Shown here: piece by piece, positions 8,371 to 13,603 of the stretch | Layout of the letters: every line of letters starts with the position of its first letter | How positions within the stretch are numbered: the stretch's first letter is position 1 | Program-made: the position numbers and the translations under genes | The notes under the pieces: model-generated | Told to the model about the DNA's origin: nothing | Database searches by the model: none | Seen by the model: only the letters and a program-made list of their open reading frames with translations | Source of the DNA: Verrucomicrobiota bacterium | GTDB lineage: Bacteria > Verrucomicrobiota > Lentisphaeria > Lentisphaerales > Lentisphaeraceae | Assembly: GCA_039798785.1 (NCBI GenBank) | Contig: JBDKFG010000105.1 | Span: 1-13,603, forward strand | Length of the DNA stretch: 13,603 nt | Reading direction: 5' to 3'

Positions 8371-8706
8371 ACGCGTATCCAAGATGCCGTATGAGTCATG
8401 CAATGAACATCTACGAAAAGATACGGGTCTGGATTTTGCCGAATTCAGTTGCTCGACCCCCTGCGGGTCGCACATGGTAGCCCAGGGTCGAGCCGCATCG
8501 GCGATGACCCTGGGTTGGGGATTTCCCTGGTTCGCCGACCCGCATCGGGTCGCACAGCGCCCGGTCGAGCGTTGTGCGACCCGCAAGGGGTCGGAACTCT
8601 TTTTTGGCCCAAACCCAGGGTCGAAGCGACCCTGGGCTACCATGTGCGACCCGCAAGGGGTCGAGCGACAGGAGCGAAGGCCCAAACGATTATCTTGGAT
8701 GCGCGT
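8371..8706. mobile_element. Putative non-autonomous MITE-like element (336 bp) with 15-bp terminal inverted repeats
   Basis: ACGCGTATCCAAGAT (8371-8385) vs ATCTTGGATGCGCGT (8692-8706), 14/15 inverted match. No transposase and no convincing target-site duplication. Confidence 0.5.
8451..8666. repeat. 216-bp nested palindrome (REPIN/BIME-like)
   Basis: 40-bp arms 8451-8490 / 8627-8666 match 39/40. Four CGACCC..GGGTCG units and two CCCAGGGTC..GACCCTGGG hairpins are arranged symmetrically. Confidence 0.92.
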
Positions 8707-8717
8707 GGAGGCCGAGC

Positions 8718-9452
8718 TCATTTCCCCTCCGGCAGGGAGAAGGATTGGCCGGGGAGGAAGTGTCCATCGGGATTGGGCAGGCTGAAGATCACCTTGCCGA
8801 GTCCGGTGGCGGGGTCGATGGCGGGGTCCTTGCTCAGGACCGCGGCCGGGACGCGTTTGCCGTCGATCAGCAGCTCGGCTTGGGCGCCGGCGGCGAAGCG
8901 GCGGTATTGGGCTTCCGCGACGAAGATCTCGGCGTGAAGGGGGTGGATGCGGATGAATTCGCAGACCGTGTCGCCGGCGCGGGCGAAATCGCCCTGCTGC
9001 TTGAGCACCTTGCTGACCTTGCCGTCGAAGGGCGGGCTGAGCTTCTGGGTGGCGGCCTGTTCCTTGAGGAGGGCCAGCTTGGCCTCGAGGTTCTGCTTCT
9101 CCAATCCGGCTTGGCGGGCTTCGAATTCCTGCTTGCGGAGTTCCTGGGCCGACACCGTCTGGCTCTTCACCAGTTCGCGGGTGTTTTCCATCGCCGCCTT
9201 GAGGAAGGCCTCCTTCTCCTCCTGCGCCTTGAGTTGCAGGGCGGTCATCGCCAGTTCGGTTTCGATCTGCAGGTTGCGGACGCTGACCAGCGGGTGGCCC
9301 TGCTTGCCGCTCTGCCCGGCCTGAAGTTGTTCTTGCACTTGCCCTTCCCGCAAAGCCGGCAGGTTGAGGACCTGGCTCGGCGCCAGGACGCCTTCGGCGG
9401 CGGACGCGGCGAGGCTGAAGAAAAGGCTGGTGAGAAGAAGGCGGTGGAGCAT
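8718..9452 (-). CDS. Periplasmic adaptor / membrane-fusion protein with a signal peptide (efflux RND adaptor-like)
   Basis: Signal peptide MLHRLLLTSLFFSLAASA, a lipoyl half, a hairpin with ELVKSQTVSAQEL, LSPPFDGKV, DPAIDPATG and PNPDGHFLPG. Confidence 0.85.
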   Translation of the reverse strand: MLHRLLLTSLFFSLAASAAEGVLAPSQVLNLPALREGQVQEQLQAGQSGKQGHPLVSVRNLQIETELAMTALQLKAQEEKEAFLKAAMENTRELVKSQTVSAQELRKQEFEARQAGLEKQNLEAKLALLKEQAATQKLSPPFDGKVSKVLKQQGDFARAGDTVCEFIRIHPLHAEIFVAEAQYRRFAAGAQAELLIDGKRVPAAVLSKDPAIDPATGLGKVIFSLPNPDGHFLPGQSFSLPEGK

Positions 9453-9486
9453 GATCGGGATCCTGAGGAGGGTGAAGTCAAAGATT

Positions 9487-9554
9487 CCTGGGAGCGCGGC
9501 AGCCCTCTGCCGCTGATTCTGCCCCAGGGCGCCAGGGGGCTGGCGCGCTCCCAG
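9487..9554. repeat. Inverted pair of CTGGGAGCGCG REP-like hairpins
   Basis: Plus strand from 9488: CTGGGAGC-GCGGCA-GCCCTC-TGCCGC. Minus strand from 9554: CTGGGAGC-GCGCCA-GCCCCC-TGGCGC. Confidence 0.75.
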
Positions 9555-9555
9555 A

Positions 9556-11058
9556 TTACTCCTTCTTCTCCAGTTCTTCCTTGAGCAACGCGACGATGCC
9601 GGGGCGGGTGCCGAGGAGTTTGAGGCAGGCTTCGCGGTCGTAGGTGGCGGTGGAGCCGTCGGGCATCATCAGGGAGGAGATGCCGGAGGTGTTCATCAGG
9701 CGGTAGTAGGCGATGTGGCAGTTGCCGAGGGCGTTGAGCTGGTCGAGTTCGCTGACCGAGAGCTGCAGCTCTTTTTCGGCAAGCTGGATCTCGGTGCTCT
9801 GGCCTTTGGCGAGGCGCTGGCTGACGAGGTCGCGTTCCTGGCGGGAGAGCTCGCAGATCTTGTCGAGGTAGCCGAGGCGTTCGCGGACTTCGGCGAGGTT
9901 GTTGGCGGCGATGTGGACCTGGGCGATGACCGCCATCGACAGGGCGGCGTCGCGATAGGCCAGGCCGAGGCTTTCCATTTCCGCCGCCTTGAGCTCGTGC
10001 TTGAGGGCGGGCAGGCGCATGACGTCGATCATCGCCTGGGCGCCGACTTCGCCCCACTGCTGGTTGTAGAGGTACTTGTTGGAATCGGCGTTCCAGGCGG
10101 CGAAGAGCTTGACGTTGGGGAACATCATCAGGAACTTCTCGTTTTCGGCGAGCTTGGCGAGGTGGCGCTGCAGGTCGTTGGCGCGGAGTTCGCTGCGCTG
10201 GCGCAGGGCGATGTCGGTGAGCTCGGCGACCGATTGCTGCGGGAACTTGATCTCGCCGGCCATCGAGGCGACGTCGATCTGGATGGCGTCGGTGGGGATG
10301 ACGCCCATCAGCGAAGTGAGGTTGAGGCAGTGGTTCTTGTAGCTGCGCTCGAATTCGCGGGCGCGGAGGCGGCTGCTGAGGAAGTCGCGGCGCAGGCGCA
10401 GGGTCTCTTCCGGGTCGGCCTGGTTGGCGTTGAGCTTTTCGAGGCGGGCGAGGGCTTCCTCGCAGCTTTTCAGGCGGACTTCGGTGGAGGCGATGAACTT
10501 CTGCGCGGCGCAGGCGGCGAAGTAGCTCTGGATCACCTGCATGCGCAGGTCGGCGACGGCCTGGTCGGTGCTCACCTGGGCGAGCTCTTCCTGGGTGTGG
10601 GCGCCTTCGGTGCGCAGGTAGGCGAGGCCGAAGTCGAGGGCGCTGAGGGCGATCTCGGCGGAGGCGTGGTAGGTGGTGCGTTCGCTCGACGACGAGGGGC
10701 GCAGCGACTCCTTGCCGTCGTCAATGCCGAAGCTCGAGCCGCCGGAGTCGTTGCTGCGCTTGTTGGCGTTGGCGCTCAGGTTGAGCGAGGGCAGCATGCC
10801 GAACCAGCTCGCCTCGCGCTTCTCCTTGGCGATCTTCTCGAGCGTGCTCTTGATCTGCAGGTCGAGCGAGTTCGAGCAGGCCAGGTCGATGCAGTCCTTC
10901 AAGGTGTAGGTCTTCTTCAGGTCGATGCTGAGCTTGGGCTGGAGAGTCTGGAAGGCCTGGACCCGGGCGGCCCGTTCGGCGACGCGGTCGACCGGGGTCG
11001 AGCTGCAGGAGGCGAGGAGGAGAAGCGAGATTCCGGCAGGCAGGGCGTAGGATTTCAT
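9556..11058 (-). CDS. TolC-family outer-membrane channel, lipoprotein
   Basis: Lipobox LLLLASC after ATG 11058 (AAGGA RBS). TLKDCIDLA..NSLDL, MLPSLNLSA, ALDFGLAY, L...AL.QR.EL and FPNV give the two-repeat outer-membrane efflux pattern. Confidence 0.9.
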   Translation of the reverse strand: MKSYALPAGISLLLLASCSSTPVDRVAERAARVQAFQTLQPKLSIDLKKTYTLKDCIDLACSNSLDLQIKSTLEKIAKEKREASWFGMLPSLNLSANANKRSNDSGGSSFGIDDGKESLRPSSSSERTTYHASAEIALSALDFGLAYLRTEGAHTQEELAQVSTDQAVADLRMQVIQSYFAACAAQKFIASTEVRLKSCEEALARLEKLNANQADPEETLRLRRDFLSSRLRAREFERSYKNHCLNLTSLMGVIPTDAIQIDVASMAGEIKFPQQSVAELTDIALRQRSELRANDLQRHLAKLAENEKFLMMFPNVKLFAAWNADSNKYLYNQQWGEVGAQAMIDVMRLPALKHELKAAEMESLGLAYRDAALSMAVIAQVHIAANNLAEVRERLGYLDKICELSRQERDLVSQRLAKGQSTEIQLAEKELQLSVSELDQLNALGNCHIAYYRLMNTSGISSLMMPDGSTATYDREACLKLLGTRPGIVALLKEELEKKE

Positions 11059-11086
11059 AGTGGTTTTTTCCTTGTCTAAAGGGGGG

Positions 11087-13603
11087 TCAACGAAGTTCAG
11101 TTCGAGTGGCGGAGTGTTCGCGGCGGTCATCGCTGAGGCTGGTCAACAGGCTTTCATCCGCACCATGCGTGCCTGTCAGGCCGCGAGTGACGTCTTCCCA
11201 GCTCAAAAGTTCGAAGTCAGACTGGTAGGCGCGGGTCTGGCGGCTCCACAAGAGGCGCGACAGCTCCATGCCGTACTCGCCGTCGTTGAGGCGCGAGCTG
11301 GAGTTCTGCATGGCGTATTCGCCGTCGGGAACGGTGCTGAAGAGGGCGCGGGGCGGGTGCTGCGTGCCGTGGCTGTGGATCGCCCAGAGGCGGCCGTCGT
11401 CGAGATGGAATTGTCCGCCTTCAAGCTCTTTCTGGCTGCCGGGATGGAGCGACTCGAGAATGGCGCTGTCGTTTCCGGTGACAGGTGGCAGGGTGTCGAT
11501 GCCGCCGGGATCGTTGCGGCCGTCGTCGGGGACCAGAGGTTCGACCTGGGGCTCGACAACACTGATGACGAAGAGATTTTCCTGGGTCGCGGAAACCTGA
11601 TTGCCGGCGAGGTCGTCGCCTTCGATCGAAAGGCTCACAGGGCCGCTGCCGAGGGGGCTGAGATCGGCGTTGACGGTCCAGGTGCCGTCGATGACTTCGA
11701 CCACGACCGTGACCTCGCCGCCGGGGCCGCTGAAGGTCAGGGTCAAGGTCTGGCCGTCCTCGATGCCGTTGACGCTGCCGCTCAGGCTGACGTTCTGGGC
11801 GGCGCCGTCGGTGAGCTGGCTTTCCGCCGGCAAGTCGAGGTTGATCACCGCGTGGTTGTCGATGCGGATGGGGAGATCTTCCGAGGATGTGGAGCTGTTG
11901 CCGGCGGCATCGGTGGCGATGGCGGTGAAGGTGTACGAACCCTCCGGCAGGATTGTGCCCGTGGCATCGAGAGTCCAATGGCCCTGGATGTCGGCGACAA
12001 CGGTGCCCAGGCTTTCACCGTCGAGGAAGACTTCCACCGTGCTGCCGGCTTCGGCAGTGCCGTTGACCAACAGCGTATGATCCTGGGTGATGCCATCGCT
12101 GCCCGAGGCGCCGGTGTCGGAGCTGATGCCGGTGATCACCGGGGCGGCGGGATCATGGGCGTCGACGACCAGCTCGCTCGAGGTGGAATCGGAGCTGCTG
12201 TTGCCGGCGGCGTCGGTGACCGTTGCGGTGACCGCATAGGTGCCGTCGGTGAGAACCGGTAGCTGCAGGGTCCAAGCGCCGTCGACGACCGGGACGTTGG
12301 AGTAGGTGACGCCGTTGACGGTGACCGAGAGAGATTCGCCCGGGTTGAGAGTGGCGGTGCCGCCGATCAAGGGGCTGGAGTCGGTGGTGGTGATGGGGTT
12401 GACGCTGGGAGCTACAGGAGCCTGGCTGTCGACGACGAGCTCACTGCTGGTGGCGTCGGAGCTGCTGTTGCCGGCGGCGTCGGCGACCGTAGCTGTGACC
12501 GCATAGGTGCCGTCGGTGAGAGTCGGGAGCTGCAGCGACCAGACGCCGTCGACGACGGAGACGTCGGAGTAGGTGACGCCGTTGACTGTGACCGAGAGGG
12601 ATTCGCCCGGGTTGAGGCTGGCGCTGCCGCCGATCAAGGGGCTGGAGTCGTTGGTGGTGATGGGAGTGACGGAGGGTGCCGCCGGGGCGGTGGTGTCGAT
12701 CACCAGCTCGCTGCTGGTCGAGTCGCTGGCGCTGTTGCCGGCGGCGTCGGTGATCATTGCGGTGACCGCATAGGTGCCGTCGGTGAGAGTCGGGAGCTGC
12801 AGAGTCCAGACGCCGTCGACGACGGAGACGTCGGAGTAGGTGACGCCGTTGACTGTGACCGAGAGGGATTCGCCCGGGTTGAGAGTGGCGGTGCCGCCAA
12901 TCAGCGGGCTGGAGTCGTTGGTGGTGATGGGATTGACCGTGGGGGTCGCCGGGGCCGAGGTGTCGATCACCAGCTCGCTGCTGGTCGAGTCGCTGGAGCT
13001 GTTGCCGGCGGCGTCGGCGACCGTTGCGGTGACCGCATAGGTTCCGGCGGGGAGGACCGGAAGCTGCAGAGTCCAGGCGCCGTCGACGACGGGGACGTCG
13101 GAGTAGGTGACGCCGTTGACGGTGACCGAGAGGGATTCGCCCGGGTTGAGCGTGGCGGTGCCGCCGATCAAGGGGCTGGAGTCGGTGGTGGTGGTGGGGT
13201 TGACGCTGGGAGCCACAGGAGCCTGGCTGTCGATGACGAGCTCGCTGCTGGTGGCGTCGGAGCTGCTGTTGCCAGCGGCGTCGGTGACCGTTGCGGTGAC
13301 CGCATAGGTTCCGGCGGGGAGAGTCGGGAGCTGCAGAGTCCAGGCGCCGTCGACGACGGGGACGTCGGAGTAGGTGACGCCGTTGACGGTGACCGAGAGG
13401 GATTCGCCCGGGTTGAGAGTGGCGGTGCCGCCGATCAAGGGGCTGGAGTCGTTGGTGGTGATGGGAGTGACGGAGGGAGCTGTCGGCAGGCTTTGATCGA
13501 GAGCGTAGGTCTTCGAGCTGGTGGCAGTGGTGGAGTTGCCGGCGGCGTCGGTGGTGGTGACGGATGCGGCGATCGTGAGGTCGGAGTCATTCTTCAGATC
13601 CGA
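11087..13603 (-). CDS. Giant Ig-like (Big) repeat surface protein / adhesin, Bap/SiiE-like; 5' part outside the window
   Basis: The frame stays open to the window edge (SDLKNDSDLTIAASVTTTDAAGNS...). It has repeated D..P..P / W / TDAAGN Ig-like domains, a ISSDTG.SGSDGIT-type domain and a non-repeat C-terminal tail. Confidence 0.9.
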   Translation of the reverse strand, partial: SDLKNDSDLTIAASVTTTDAAGNSTTATSSKTYALDQSLPTAPSVTPITTNDSSPLIGGTATLNPGESLSVTVNGVTYSDVPVVDGAWTLQLPTLPAGTYAVTATVTDAAGNSSSDATSSELVIDSQAPVAPSVNPTTTTDSSPLIGGTATLNPGESLSVTVNGVTYSDVPVVDGAWTLQLPVLPAGTYAVTATVADAAGNSSSDSTSSELVIDTSAPATPTVNPITTNDSSPLIGGTATLNPGESLSVTVNGVTYSDVSVVDGVWTLQLPTLTDGTYAVTAMITDAAGNSASDSTSSELVIDTTAPAAPSVTPITTNDSSPLIGGSASLNPGESLSVTVNGVTYSDVSVVDGVWSLQLPTLTDGTYAVTATVADAAGNSSSDATSSELVVDSQAPVAPSVNPITTTDSSPLIGGTATLNPGESLSVTVNGVTYSNVPVVDGAWTLQLPVLTDGTYAVTATVTDAAGNSSSDSTSSELVVDAHDPAAPVITGISSDTGASGSDGITQDHTLLVNGTAEAGSTVEVFLDGESLGTVVADIQGHWTLDATGTILPEGSYTFTAIATDAAGNSSTSSEDLPIRIDNHAVINLDLPAESQLTDGAAQNVSLSGSVNGIEDGQTLTLTFSGPGGEVTVVVEVIDGTWTVNADLSPLGSGPVSLSIEGDDLAGNQVSATQENLFVISVVEPQVEPLVPDDGRNDPGGIDTLPPVTGNDSAILESLHPGSQKELEGGQFHLDDGRLWAIHSHGTQHPPRALFSTVPDGEYAMQNSSSRLNDGEYGMELSRLLWSRQTRAYQSDFELLSWEDVTRGLTGTHGADESLLTSLSDDRREHSATRTELR
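12164..13498 (-). repeat. Five tandem 267-bp (89-aa) Ig-like repeats
   Basis: Units start at Asp codons 13498, 13231, 12964, 12697 and 12430, with near-identical DNA. Confidence 0.95.

Larger units (their letters stand above)
8272..8721 (-). other. 149-codon open frame spanning the repeat-filled gap, overlapping both neighbours (ATGA and GTGA); coding status doubtful
   Basis: ATG 8719-8721 overlaps the upstream TGA 8718-8720. TGA 8272-8274 overlaps the downstream GTG 8273-8275. The translation is largely repeat-derived. Confidence 0.25.

Noticed and set aside
11059..11130. Upstream ATG (11130) for the TolC gene
   Set aside because: It overlaps the adhesin 3' end and would bury the lipoprotein signal. 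ATG 11058 has an AAGGA RBS.
4080..12262. Long plus-strand ORFs (4080-4955, 5184-6035, 7055-8785, 8574-9584, 9715-11079, 11060-12262)
   Set aside because: Antisense shadows of high-GC genes with no recognisable motifs.
12306..13307. Four near-identical 66-aa plus-strand ORFs
   Set aside because: They are antisense readings of the 267-bp adhesin repeats.

Overview
GC-rich bacterial window with two parts. Left (1-4.9 kb) is housekeeping: a truncated Lys/Ala/Pro-repeat histone H1-like gene with a terminator, a YbaK/EbsC deacylase, mnmC, tRNA-Val(GAC), a cyclophilin and purU. Right (5.0-13.6 kb) is a minus-strand operon: the 3' end of a giant Ig-like repeat adhesin, then a TolC-family lipoprotein, two HlyD/membrane-fusion proteins, and a fusion of an M50-like membrane metalloprotease to a third MFP module. 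No ABC or RND transporter is present in the window. This operon is the best candidate for a poorly characterised, ABC-less type I-like secretion system. Three of its intergenic gaps carry REP-like palindromes, including a nested MITE-like element spanned by an ORF that overlaps both neighbouring genes. All family calls come from motif recognition by eye, not database searches.
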